Made by a program: the position numbers and the translations under genes
Assembly: GCF_964204645.1 (NCBI RefSeq)
Contig: NC_134030.1
Location: 5,994,778 to 6,058,777, forward strand
Origin: Tubulanus polymorphus
Lineage: Eukaryota; Animalia; Nemertea
DNA length: 64,000 nucleotides
Reading direction: 5' to 3'
Shown: one piece after another, positions 11,724 to 24,821 of the stretch
How the letters are laid out: each line of letters starts with the position of its first letter
How positions within the stretch are numbered: the first letter of the stretch is position 1
Notes under the pieces: generated by a model
Seen by the model: only the letters and a program-made list of their open reading frames with translations
What the model was told of the DNA's origin: nothing
Databases searched by the model: none

Positions 11724-14082
11724 TGCTTACAACATTGCTCTTCTACCGTCATTATTGTTTCAAAACTCGGCCAGACGTCACGATCATCGTGTGAGCTTGT
11801 TTCGGAGCGGGTAGCGACATCCACCTAGGCAGGAATTTTGAAAAATAGTAGACATGTTTGAATATGATATCATAATTGTTGTTGACGAACGTTTGTTACG
11901 GAAAGGCCCACACGGAATTGAAAACTATACGCCCGAATGATAGGTTCAGATGAAAAATAACAGCCCTATAACGTCGAAGAGGCTTCGATATCAGCGCACA
12001 ATATTTTTAGGCTATGCTATTCATATGCGACACGGGGGAAATAAATAATGTGTAAACGAACACAGTGAAATGTATTGTTTACCATCCAATTCAAACACAT
12101 TACCACCACCGAATCGTCTGACAATGATGTAATAATGATGGAAATATCGTATCGGCGTCAACCGTATTTGATGCTGAATAGAATTGTTAAGTGGCAAAAT
12201 CTTGCTCTGCATGAACCGAGAGATCCCGTTTTTAACAACCTTGTTTTCCCGTGAAATATAACAGGTTATCAGTTCATAATACGTTGTAATTTCAATGCTC
12301 GACTTACGACTAATATATGGGTTGATCTTCGAAATGAATGATCCTTGTTGATGATGATAAAACATCGCAAAGCACAAGAATCATATTCAGTAAATGTAAT
12401 GTAAACTTCAGATTCGCCAACTGAAAATACTTGAAATAGACGTCTTTCACTTTTAAACCAAAAATACATATTTTTGCTTAAACGTTTACTGTAATTTTTA
12501 AACATTTCAATTAATAAAGATAAAACAATGCTATGCGTAGTAACTTATAGCTTAAAAGTGATTCAAACATAAAGGATCAGAATATGAATCGTTACAAGTT
12601 ATCATATACATCCCTTACCTTTTGAAAACCGTATGTTTATCTAAATCCAACGAGTATGAATGAATGTACTATATGCAAAATTAAACACAGCCATAATACT
12701 TGCCGATGTAAGGAATTATATATCACCTTCGCAAATGATATTCACAGACAATTTACTATAATGTATAAAGGTTCAAAACTCGGGAACTCAGTACTGAAAA
12801 ATCTAAAATTATGTAGTTATCTCACGTCTTTTGGAAATCTACAAGAATCTCATTTCCCAATATGATTGAATTAAATTAGAATACAATATGTATTTCTAAT
12901 GTTAATAAGTTCTTTAAGTTTTAAGATTTAAGTTTAAGTTTATTGAAATAGACCATCATGGTCCTTAATTTCATTACAATAAATTTCTATAAATACAATA
13001 CGTTCAATACAATACATTACATTTCGGAAAATATAGAATATACTATGTACTGACGCCGTTTCTATATCGGCACCCGTCAATTTGTAAAGTAGTAAATTCG
13101 AGGATATAACAACGCTAATCATATACATTCACGATTGGATTCTTTTCAGACCTAAGAAACAGTATTTACCTAATTTTAGCAATTCGTTCTCGTTCTGTGC
13201 ACTCAATAACTGAATACATTTATGTACAGATGGGTATCTATAATAATAGGATGTTGTGTAATGGGATTAATGTGTTTGTCCTGTGACTTGTAGGTTTGAA
13301 TGGGGTATTAATGTGCATGAATGCGTGTTGGCGACTCGGCCTTCTAGGTCATAAGTTTCTTTTTAAATTTACTAGTCGTCCAGCGTCTTATACATTATCA
13401 CAATATGTTGTATTCACTCCTCGTGCTAATTCTTATGGTAATTTCATTCGTTGATAAAACATAAACTCTGGTGGCTACTATGAGTATCTTATATTCAGAT
13501 AATAATGATAATTTATGATATAACGTCGATTCTTTATATGATTATTATTTCAATTTCATGTTTTTGCTAGGTTTAGAATATGACGAGGACATATTTTTCA
13601 TGATTCATTATTTCGATTATCTTGATGTTGATAACATTTCTTTTTGAATTGCAGCAGCAGGGATAGGATATGGTTTCAACGAGCAATAACCACGCCTCGT
13701 ATTTTCCTCATCAGCCATGATGCCGCCAGTGCGCGAAGCTGTCCACTAACGCGAGTAAACGATTTCTGTATTACAACACCCCTTTACATAACGACGGTGA
13801 CTCGAAAATCGTTCTATTTACCTGATAAAACATCCCCATTTAAACGAAAAAAAACGGTTTTCATCATCATATTTTCCGTTTGATGATTTCTTATTTCTCA
13901 ATTAGAAACGCATACATGTGCAATGATACAGCACAACTATGATATACGTGATAATACATGTATGAATTTTAGCGACACAGTGTACGTAAATTTTAGTCTT
14001 CCCTCCATTTTTCATACATCTAATGACCGCTAACGTACATTGCCCGCTAATTTTTCCTTTAAAGAATATAGTGTTCGTGTTT

Positions 14083-15027
14083 TTATTCCATATCCTTAGA
14101 TACATTGGTAGGAATTTGCGATTCGGTAAGATCTTTAGCGACTTCTCTCCTGCACTTCGGCTCAAAGCACAAAACCTGGCGAGCGGCTTGTCTGAATTTC
14201 TTTCCGAACGCGAAATAAACGACGAAATTGACGGACGAATTGAAAATCGATAATAATACCCCGATGTATGGGGTTTCCTTAAAGAGTTCCATGTCTTTTA
14301 AGAGATACACCAACGAGCTCGTGGCAAGTGGCATTTCACAGATGACAAAGATGACTGATAAAGCTATCAATCTATGAGAAAGTCTTTTAGGACATTCGAT
14401 TGACGTCGTTTCGCGTTCGTTAGAACATTTCCGCACCACACTTATGTTGACGAAGACGACAATTACACAATATGTAGTGATCATGATGAAATGTAAGATT
14501 CTACCGGATAGCGGGTGAACTAACATAAGTATTGCTTGCACCAAAGCGATGATCCACGCAGCCGCGATGACAGAACAGATCTTTGTGGTGGTAGGGGCGT
14601 GTCGTCTGGCAAAGAAAGGATACTGTATGCCCATATAACGATCAATATTGACCAGGACGATTACGGACCGAGATAGAAAGTAAAACATCAAAACGATTCC
14701 TGCAGTAATAACAGCCACCGTGGCATGATCGTTGGTATACTTGTGATATAACGACGAGACTAAGACAACCAACAGATAAAATCCATCCGTACTGGTAAGA
14801 GTTCGCAGTAACGTATTGTGGGCAGTTTTACGACCGAGTAGTTTACACTCCCGCGTCAAAACGATAAAACAAAGCACGTTTAGTATTATTCCGAACGGTA
14901 GAATCACGGAGAACGTCACCACTAATTCGGACAAAGAAAAATAAACATGAAATATGTTTCCTCTGCCATTTTTGATGATGTCAATCCCACCAGTCTCATC
15001 AGGTTTTGTTGTGGTAAAAGTGTCCAT
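14083..15027 (-). CDS. Intronless class A GPCR, copy 2 (314 aa), tandem paralogue of copy 1
   Basis: Same motifs; keeps TM6 CEMP; colinear with copy 1, with similarity extending into upstream flanks. Confidence 0.9.
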   Translation of the reverse strand: MDTFTTTKPDETGGIDIIKNGRGNIFHVYFSLSELVVTFSVILPFGIILNVLCFIVLTRECKLLGRKTAHNTLLRTLTSTDGFYLLVVLVSSLYHKYTNDHATVAVITAGIVLMFYFLSRSVIVLVNIDRYMGIQYPFFARRHAPTTTKICSVIAAAWIIALVQAILMLVHPLSGRILHFIMITTYCVIVVFVNISVVRKCSNERETTSIECPKRLSHRLIALSVIFVICEMPLATSSLVYLLKDMELFKETPYIGVLLSIFNSSVNFVVYFAFGKKFRQAARQVLCFEPKCRREVAKDLTESQIPTNVSKDME

Positions 15028-16058
15028 GTCGCATTGTTTCTGTATTTTGCCTTTGTTACTTCATTGCTTCATACCAGGAACTTTCTAACGTTATCAAATT
15101 TTCTAGTTTCAGCAAGAAGTCATAATGAGCTTGTTTACGAGTAGGTAGCGACCATCTACATTCCACGAAAGTGGCAATTTCAGAAAATAATAGACATGTC
15201 CGAAAGCAATTAATTGTTGTTGACAAACGTGTGTTTCGGAAAGGCCCATACGGAATTGAAAACTGATATCCGCTCAAAGGTGCAAATGAAATATTAACAG
15301 TCCTAATGTCGAAGAGGCTTCGATATCAGTGCACAATCTTTTTTTAGGCATAGCCATATGCGACACGAGGAAATAAATTAAGGGGTAAACGAACAGAGTA
15401 GAACATGATGTTTACCATCCAATTCAAAAACATCACCACCTCCAAATTGTCCGACAATGATGGAAATATCGTATCGACGTGAACTGCATTTGATGGTGAA
15501 TGGAATTGTTAAATGGCAGAAATTACTCTGCATTAACTAGCAGAGGCTAGATTCGGACCGGAAGAAATCATAGAATCAGAGCCCCCCCCCCCCTGATGTC
15601 AGGTGCCCCAACAATGGATTAAGTGGAGAATAAATGATGCAAGAAAAACATGAAACACATCCTGAGATCGTTTGCAAGGAGAACTGAATAAGGGAGGCAT
15701 TTCATTCTATGGCACCGATCACTTCCAACCCACAACCAGTGAATACACGTTACGACGAGGCATATTTTTCAAATAAACTATGACAATCCCGTTTTCCCGT
15801 GAATTTTTATCTAGGTAAAAATAACAGTAAACGAGATGTTGTTACATTTCAAAGTTTGAATTGCGACTAATCTATTTATTAAATCATATTCGAGCCAGTA
15901 ATCCCTGTTTACAATGGATAATGATAAAACATCGTAAAACACGAGATCGGCACATAAAGAACATTGAGATGCGTTCCTCTGATATATCTCTAAAGTAGAC
16001 ATTTTGTAGGAGTAGCGCATATCACACTATTTTTATGTACATGAATATTACGATATTA

Positions 16059-16592
16059 CTATTTTCTTGGAGCCATGTAGTAATCAATATCTTTGACATT
16101 CACGCACGCTTTCGACCCGTCTCTGAAGTGCAGTTCAATGTGTTTCAGTTCTGGAAGTTTCGATTTTAGCGAATCTTCAACATTATTGAATCCGATGCGC
16201 CCAGTTTCCAGGTCAGTGTCGGTGTACCGTCGCTCCAGTTGCCGAGCGCGAGCTCCTATTGGTGGTAGATGCCATCGATAGCGTTCGTCGTACGGGTTTC
16301 GGTTCCGGTAATGTTTCTCGTATCTGTGGTCGTGTTTGCGATCTTTTCCTTCACCGGAAACACCTGAATCGGAATCATCCAAGTCCTCCTCGAAGTAATT
16401 TCCATATTCGTATGACGTCACGGGCACTTCGCGATGTATTTTATCGAGCAGACGATTACGTCGTTCTCGCGGTGTCTTCGTCAAGTAAGTCGAGTGCCAG
16501 TTCGGATCGAATGATCCGTAAACGGCATTCGTTGTCGTTGACATCGGCCAAGGTAGGGACAAAGCCTGACTGCGATATCCCTTTTCTGCCAT
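16059..16592 (-). CDS. Uncharacterised 177-aa hydrophilic protein, single coding exon
   Basis: Coding-like ORF, GC-richer than flanks; ATG directly after a polypyrimidine-CAG acceptor; candidate upstream non-coding exon donor ~17129; contains DSDSGVS and WHLPPI. Confidence 0.65.
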   Translation of the reverse strand: MAEKGYRSQALSLPWPMSTTTNAVYGSFDPNWHSTYLTKTPRERRNRLLDKIHREVPVTSYEYGNYFEEDLDDSDSGVSGEGKDRKHDHRYEKHYRNRNPYDERYRWHLPPIGARARQLERRYTDTDLETGRIGFNNVEDSLKSKLPELKHIELHFRDGSKACVNVKDIDYYMAPRK

Positions 16593-16781
16593 CTGAAAAT
16601 ATTACAATATACGTCTTTCACTTTTAACACAGGCACGGATTCAGACGGCAGCACCGTAACCCCGTCCTACCGTCGGGAAAATGCCGTGCCTTTTTTCACT
16701 TTTTTTCATCCCCAAAGAAAATAGAGCACATTTTTACAATACGGGGCAGATAATTACAACAACAAAGCACACCATTCTTCA

Positions 16782-16889
16782 GGCCCATTATTATAGACTG
16801 GTATCATCTTTAACCGGGGGTTAACTCAACTGAAAATGAATTGAGTTAGCCCCCAGGTTAAAGTTAATACCATCTATAAAACCGGGCCC
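16782..16889. mobile_element. Hairpin MITE
   Basis: ggccc..ttatagactggtat..tttaaccgggggttaactcaa / ttgagttagcccccaggttaaagttaataccatctataaaaccgggccc, self-complementary. Confidence 0.7.
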
Positions 16890-18047
16890 AGGATATCAAA
16901 TTTATTGCCTGGAAACTACGTGCCAATGCTCAGTAGCTGTTTAAACGGGGTTTTTCTATCACTTAGTGTTTCTCCATCTTGATGAATCAATTATCAATTT
17001 TACATGACAAATAACAGTATATATGTGTATGATAAACAATTCTATACATAGCAGCTTTTAACCTAAAAATGATTAAAACATAATTGATCAGAATATGAAT
17101 TGTTACAAGTTATCATATACATCCCTTACCTTTTTGAAAAACGTATGTTTATCCAAATCGAACGAGTAGAAGTGTTATCGCTTTGTTATTGTACTGATAG
17201 TTGTCGCTACGAAGTCAAAATGGCGAAATCTCTGGAACCAGACCAATATTTGCCAATCAATACAATTTTTTTTCTGACAAACTGAATGTAAACCACGAAT
17301 TGTAAAATTTCCTCTGCTGCTGGACTTTTCACGAGATTCAGCGTTTGCTTATGTCGTTGCCCTACGAAATTATGATTGCACTAAATATTCGCGCAAAGCA
17401 AACATTACGGGACCCTATATGAACGAGTTCTACAAGACAACCGATGTTAGTAAAATTTGTGTATATATTCGGTTGAATAGGAACCTGCCGTTTGCCCTAG
17501 TCAGGTGTCATTATGTATTTACTACAAATAACTTCACTTTCTTAAACAGGTTCATTATGTGCCGTTGTTTAACAAAGGGAATCAATCGCTTTTAGTGATT
17601 AATACAGCTCACCCTTATGGGGCACATTATACTGTAAAGGTCTTCAGCTTATTTTCAGTTGGTCGGATTTTTTTCCGCGCTGAAAAATGAACTCAGTTTT
17701 CACATTAATTTATTCGAATCACATTTGTGTGTATATCATCGAGTGACTCAACTTTTCTTTTCTTGCAAAATAGATTCAAATAATTCACTAGGGGTAGAGA
17801 TATATTAGAACAGGTTTTCAAGAGTTATCATGGGAATCGTTCTACGTTATAAGTTTATTTCCTTAACTCGATGTAGTGATTTATATCGCCAAAAACCTTA
17901 AGGTCGAAATCCTTTTTATAGTCTCTCATTTTGTAGGACTAACCTCGAGTTGATTCTCCGATACGCCACATCTATTCCGTTGAAATTATACATTCATTAA
18001 GATGAAGAGATATTGACTTTATTCTGAATTCACATTTTTATTTTCAT

Positions 18048-21000
18048 TCAATTCCATTCAAAAATACAGAATTATGGTGAAATGGCGGAGAGTTGTCGCC
18101 CAAACCTGAAAGAAAAGCACTGCAATTGTGTAATCGGAACTTTTCCTACGTTTTCAATATTACCGAAATGTCAAAATCAAGTCCCAGTTACATGATCTTA
18201 AACAGTACCTGGCAGCTGGTGATCACTGGATTTGTGGGATTTTACAGCACGTCGCAAACTGCAAGTTGATAAAAAAACAACTCTCCATATTATGATGATT
18301 AATGTAATTATGCGTAATTGGAAACGGAAAGTACCTTTCCTCCCACATCAGATCATCCAAGAAGAATGAATTGTGGCTATTGGTATCGTGCTGTTTGCCT
18401 ATAAAATACGTAGGACGTCGCAGTAGAAATGTATCGGAACTTACACTGTGTGTGAATCGTAAAACGTAAACTTGGTTTCAAATTGTATAAAGATTTGTAT
18501 TCAGGCCTACTAAGAAAACTCACGTTTTTTCGACTTCTTCTGTTGGGAGCCTTTACATAAACAGAAAACGATCGCCATGAACACCAATAACAAGACGAAA
18601 AACCCTGACGCTAAACCCGCCATCGTGATGATGAAATGACCTTTCAACATAGAAAATATATTATGACAGCTACCACTCAGAAGTCGACATGATCCAGAGT
18701 CACAATTGAGAGTTGTGATTTGACTAATGAGAGAGATGAGCGAAGATAAACTATTCTTGCGAATAAAGAAATGTGGACGGGTTCAAAGGCCGGTTTTATA
18801 GAGTGGCATTAACTTTAACCTGAAGGTTAACTCGATTGGGGTTAACTGAATTGAGATTACCCCTGGTTCAATACTAATCTATAAAACCTGGATGTTATCC
18901 ATTAGGACAAAGCACCTTCATTATTGTGATAGGGGGTCAGTGCCACGGATGTATAGACGACGAAACCCCAGTCATCTGTTAGTTCAAGTCTGTAGAAAAC
19001 CTTTTCAAAATCGCCACTATATTCGAATCTCAATTCGTAGGGGTGGTCGAAATCGACATCCGTTTGTTGCGAACATCTCTGCGCATGATCCGACGACGTA
19101 CACGTCATCACGCGCCATCCCGCAAATGAACCAATCATTTTCGACCAGGAAATCCGTACCCGACTTCCGGTACGACTTGCTGTGATATTGAGAATACGAG
19201 GAACTCCTACAATGATGAATAGATGTTTTATTTAAAACCTGGCGACATTGCTTGATATCATATACCGGTACCTTAATTTTTTCTTCGAATGAACGAACCT
19301 TTCGTTTCGAACGAACAAACTGGTGAGAAAACCTCGCCAGAAAAGTGACTACTTGTCACAACAATTTGAACGTCGTACGCTGAGTTAGGTTGTAAGTTTT
19401 TGATGACGTATTTCGTTGACTTTTGAAAACCTGGATCGTCTATTTCAGAGGTTCGGCTCCACGTCGTCTGGGCAAGTTGCTTCCTGTATTGTAGTTGTAT
19501 GCTTTGCTCGTGTCCGCCATCGAATCCAGCCACAATTATCACTTCTGCCGCTACCGACGAAGTCTTTATTCCTAAGCAGGTTGAGGCACTAGGACCTGAA
19601 AAGCACGAACGGATCTTTCAATTCAAAATCGTTACTATCCGACATTAAACGGATTCAAGTTTAAAGGATTATATCAATTTCTATGTTGTTTATGCCACAT
19701 CGGAGAAAATTAGAGACCTCTCGGCTGCACGTCGACCAGTAATCTTAGATTCCCTATAGAGTTTGTGATGATGCATTCATATCCACCGAAATACGAAAGA
19801 TCCTCCGCCGAGATCTGTAGTAACGTCAAATACGTGTGCAGTACTGACGGGGCTGCTGGCATTCTGATAACCAGCTCACCGCGGTCCATCGAACCGTCAA
19901 ATCGAATGGTTCTCCTTTGACAATATTTGGACAGTATCGCCGGATTGGCTCCGATACGTGGATCAACAATATAGAGCGCATCGCCGTACAAGTCAACGGT
20001 GATGTTGATGATAGACAGGCTAGCATTCGTCCATGGTGCAACTAAAAACGACAAAAATTAACGAGGACATCATCACCGTAATCGTTAAGATTTTATGATA
20101 AAAATCTTGATTTGAATATGAAACTGATTGAACGAAGAGGTGTCCATTGATTAATGAAATTTGATTTAGTCGAGATATGGATACTTTAATGAACTATGAT
20201 TCTTAAGTAATACTTAACACTATTTCCAACATGACTCCAACAACATAAGAAATGAGAGTACGTACGTACACTTGACGTCAAGTTGCGCCATATTGCTGCT
20301 AATGCGGTCGTTTTGACGATCAACGAAACATTTGTAAAGCCCGATATCAGCGGTTGAAGTCGAGTTTATACGAACAGACAGTCCCTGGTTAGCGAGGATA
20401 CGTTCGTTTGTCATGTCGGGTCTGTAATGCACGAACGACGCGTGCTTTACCGGTGGATTGCCGTCCGAAACAACTTTACATTCTACAACCACGGAATCGC
20501 CCTTCATGACCGAACCGGGTAGCGCAATTTCAATTTTTGGTTCATCTGCAAACCATTTCATTATTATAATTTATACCATTTTGCAATCCTCAAAAATTTT
20601 GTCATGTTTTAAACGCATTACTCACAAGTTATATTTAAAGTTCGGTTTTCTCGACGTACGATTTTTCCGTTGTGTAATGCGCTACATTCGACGATCATAC
20701 CGTTATGCCACCTAGTGACGTTCACACGAACCGATTTCGAGCGTTGTCCCATGGGTGTGAACGCGGTCCGGCAAGCACCAAAATTCTCAACTGATGATCG
20801 GTTTTCGAACGCGGCGTCCAGTGACAATTTGATGTCGAGGAAGCCGCTTTTAACTGAACAAGACAGAATCACGAATGTTCCTTCTTGTGCTACTGCAGGA
20901 AAGATAACAAAGATACATAAACAACGCGATGACATTTTGAAACGATGAAGATAGAAGCGCCGGGCTTACCAATTACCTGATGGGACGGTTAAGTTCAAGA

Positions 21001-22300
21001 TCGTAATTGGAATTGGCAGTACAGTTGTTTCGTTATTTGATACATTCGTCCATTTATCATCTGCATCTACGCGTGACACTGAAAAAAAAGAACGGATACA
21101 TTTTCGAAACGAACCTGTGAACAGTCTGTGAAGTTATTGCAAAAATGAGTGCAATATTGCGAATATAAATGTAAATCAAATCTCAAATACAAACCACCGA
21201 AGTAAGCTATATCACTCGTAGCTGCGACGTATACGACATCGCTTATTTTCTCGCCTGCGAGATTTTCAGCAACGCAATAGTATTGCCCGGTGTCGTTTGC
21301 CGTGAAATTTTTGTAAGAGAAACTGACGTCCGATGTTGAGTTGACAGTCGATACCACCTGCATTTCGGCTGTCCAGGTTCGTCGCATTAATGTGTAAGTT
21401 ATTGGCAACGATACGTCGGCTATTCTAGATCTGGCGTTGCAATGAAACGTCACTTCATCGCCGTCGGTTACGAGAACCTTCTGATAGCTCTGACGAGTCA
21501 TGCGTAATATGGCCTTGACATTGATTGTGGGTTTCATGACCGGAAGAGGATCAGCAACTGAAATAATTAAGCCACAGTATCTCCGATAGAATAGAGTTAG
21601 AAAAACTATGTAAATGTTTTAGATAACATGTAATCAAATTAATTACCCGTAAGGAAGTTGGTATAACGACTTTGGGTGCGATCCATTTGACAGCTCCAGT
21701 AGCCACTTGAGTGGGCAGTAGCTCCGAATATCGTCAACTCAAACTTAGGCAGACGGCCTCTGATACAGTTAACCGAGGCTTCGAAGCCGAAAATAGAAAT
21801 ATTTACCTGGATCGGAACTAAAGTTAATGGGCATTCAACAGTATTGATTTCGATATTACCATCCGGTTGGTAATGGGTAAATTTAACCAATTCTGGACAG
21901 GCAAAATTGTCAGTGTACGATTCAGCCATGCAACTTAGTTTAAGAGTAGTACCCATTCTGAATGTGCTTGGACCTTCGCCGGAGTGAGAGCTGATCCGCG
22001 GAGCAAATGTCCATGGACACAAACCATTAACGACTACAATATACACAACCAGTGCCTAGCTTAATCTGTCTTTTTCTCCTGTTAGTTCCGACCATATAGA
22101 ATTATCATCCATCATATGCCAAGTAAAAAGGTTTAGATACATAAATGACTTACCGACTACTAGAACAAATACGAGTCCAGGTAGGAGTAAACATTTCTAG
22201 AAAATCGAATTCAGTGTTAGTTAATTCGTAAGCTTTTCCACATATTGTATGCCATTTATATTTAGGAAATATCTCTTACCTTACTCAAATACATTTTCAT
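18048..22300 (-). CDS. Multi-exon Ig-superfamily type I membrane protein (signal peptide, ~5 Ig, ~2 FN3, TM, short tail); NCAM/nephrin-like architecture
   Basis: Signal MKMYLSK|KCLLLPGLVFVLVV; Ig exons with LKLSC..SGYWSC, VTFHC..DTGQYYCVAEN, VILSC..WHNG..EC, VVECKV..DIGLYKC, GGYEC..NSIG; FN3 exon AGFDGG..YVIKNLQPNSAYDVQI; TM FIITMAGLASGFFVLLLVFMAIVFCLC (~18560-18640); GT/AG exons to TGA at 18048. Confidence 0.8.
18788..18891. mobile_element. Hairpin MITE (same family) in an intron of the Ig gene
   Basis: ggccggttttataga...ttaacc..ggttaactc...tctataaaacctgg. Confidence 0.65.
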
Positions 22301-24491
22301 GCATGCAAGTAGAAAAGATCAAAAGTCTTGACACTAGTTCTTCAAATGTGCATATGAGGAAAATATTTGTTCAATAGATGTAGAGACTAACTATATAATC
22401 CATAAATCATTTTACAGGAAGACGTTCCTCGTTCAGGAAATCTACCCCACATAGATAGCCCGTACGTACTTGATGGCTCTCATCGAGATACATTGCGGTA
22501 AATATCAAAAGCTTACCACAAACATTTTAAACGGTACTATCTATCTATTTGTGTATACCATTTATCCCATTATGATACATACCAACGACTGGGCAGTCAT
22601 TACGAGATGGCATTTTTATTTTCAACTTTAATCTAAAAACAAGCTAACCGAGCTCTTTTTCCAGCCTTGTGGATTTTGGCTTATTTGAAGTCGGGCGATT
22701 TCTATGAACGTTCGTTTACATAAAGAGCTGAAATGAAATAGCGACATCGACCACGAGGGAAATCAACAAACGAAAACTGTTCCATTAATAGTTCAAACAG
22801 TAGAACAGTAGTTGCTTATTAACAGAAATAAAAAGGAACATCTCGATAGATATAAAACATTACGCGAATAACCATCATTTCGCTGGATGTCATATGCCCA
22901 TTACACTTTAGTCACTTTGCCGTTCAATGGCAGTAATTTTAGTAACGTTTATATACTTGAAATATTAGTATCATATGCACATGGTTAAAAAGGCACATCG
23001 GCCACTTGTCATTTAGTGGTAACGATGTGTTACGGGCGCTTGTTTTCTCCGAGCTCATAAAGATATATGAAATATACCACAAGCTCAACCACAACGGTCC
23101 GGTGACTTTTACGAGAGACGAAGCGTCTTCGACCGGCTGAGCTGATGGTAACGCGTTCGTGATACATTATACGCTCATACAGTTTACAACTTCGGGTGAT
23201 CACGAATTTCTATTACTATGATGAATTGTGTAGTATTTATTCTGCGGTTGTAGCATAGTTGTCTAATTAATAATACGGAATGTATAGCCTAGAAACGTAA
23301 ACATTAAAAAACGAAAAAACGAGAACATATACACAGAACTTCAGCTGAGAGAACTAAACGATCGGACTTAAATTAACATTGTTTTATACAGAATTTTTCC
23401 ACAATGTGCTAACAGTAATTTGTGGATTTACTGTATTGCATGAGTGAGGTAAGTCAATCTAATCTGAATTCTGAAAAAAAAAATTATAAATTTTCTATAA
23501 AAACATGTTGACAAGTCACTTATTCAAACGTATTATCTCTGCATTTATTTACTTATGTACATGATTTTTACTAATCACATGACTGGATATTCGATATTTT
23601 TTATTACTTTTTTGTCCGATGGGCAAGGGAGGGGGTTAGTAATGTAAAATTTCCAATTTTGTGTGGACGACTTTTATGGACAGCCCCTAAGAAATCAGTT
23701 GGATAAAGTAAATGGATTAAGTTAGACGTGCTATAGTAGAAGAATATACTCTGGCAATGCTATTTGATTTTGGAGTTAACGTCATTCATCAGATGATAAA
23801 TGTATCTATATGAATTGATGAAACCTAAAATGTGATCGTCGCCTGTGTCGTGATGTGTCCCAGCTGAGTAATCAGGGTAATTATAACTGTGACTGAGTGC
23901 GCTCACTTCAAAACTATATCCTACGTAACTTGTTCAGCTGCAATGAGCACCATTTCATCAGCAGCTGATTTTCGAGTAAAATCGATTTAAGTGAAATTGA
24001 GTTCAATTGGAGAATTCAAGGTTTTTTTACGAAAGTGATTCGACTGTTGAATACGAAAAAATAGTTTAAGCTCATCTTGCTTCGGATTGCGATGAGTAGA
24101 TCCGAGTACAAATCTGCGTTAGGTTTCCTGTAATTTTTCGAGAATTTCTTTTACATTTGAAAATTCTATTATTTTCTCATTTCTGTGTGCGGAATCTGAA
24201 AAAGTTTAATCGGTTGAGTCTGGTACATTGAATGATACTTTGCGTCCTGTTTTTGCTCCGAAGCCTAAAAAGCAAACGACGAAATACACATTCACGGCCG
24301 TGCTCTCTATTTCAAAATTAAATGGAAAATTAGAAAATGAGAAATACAGTTCTAATACGTACTAATGATAAGATTTAAGCCTATAGGAGTTATAACCATT
24401 GATTAGAAATAATATCCGTGTTGTGACGATAATATGCAGAAAATCCCATAATAACAACGAAAAAATGATATCAAGTCCGAAAAATGTAGTT

Positions 24492-24541
24492 TATTCGACG
24501 TTTCGACTATATTCTAATACACGTAGTCATCTTCAGGAATA
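24492..24541 (-). ncRNA. Minimal type I hammerhead ribozyme motif within a Penelope-like repeat
   Basis: Minus strand TATTC-CTGAAGA-T-GACTA-loop-TAGTC-GAAAC-GTC-GAATA: helix I TATTC/GAATA, helix II GACTA/TAGTC, CUGANGA and GAAA cores, GUC cleavage triplet, no helix III loop. Confidence 0.7.
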
Positions 24542-24821
24542 CTGCGTTACAACAGAAATAAACGCTGAGTTAAAACGTCGAATAAACTCTAATTCAGGGA
24601 AACACTTTCCGAATTGATATTGTTTTTTCGTTATTATTGTGTGGGATTCTCTACATATACTATAGGGGTTATCATTAACGGTTCTATACCGTTGAAGTGC
24701 ACCAATACGCAGTGTCCAATGCAGCTGCTTGGCCGGCGTTAATTGCACCTCGCTGTGGTCACAATTATATTATTGCTGCTCAATATGATTTTCAGCGCGA
24801 TGTAGAACGAACGTGGGAACT

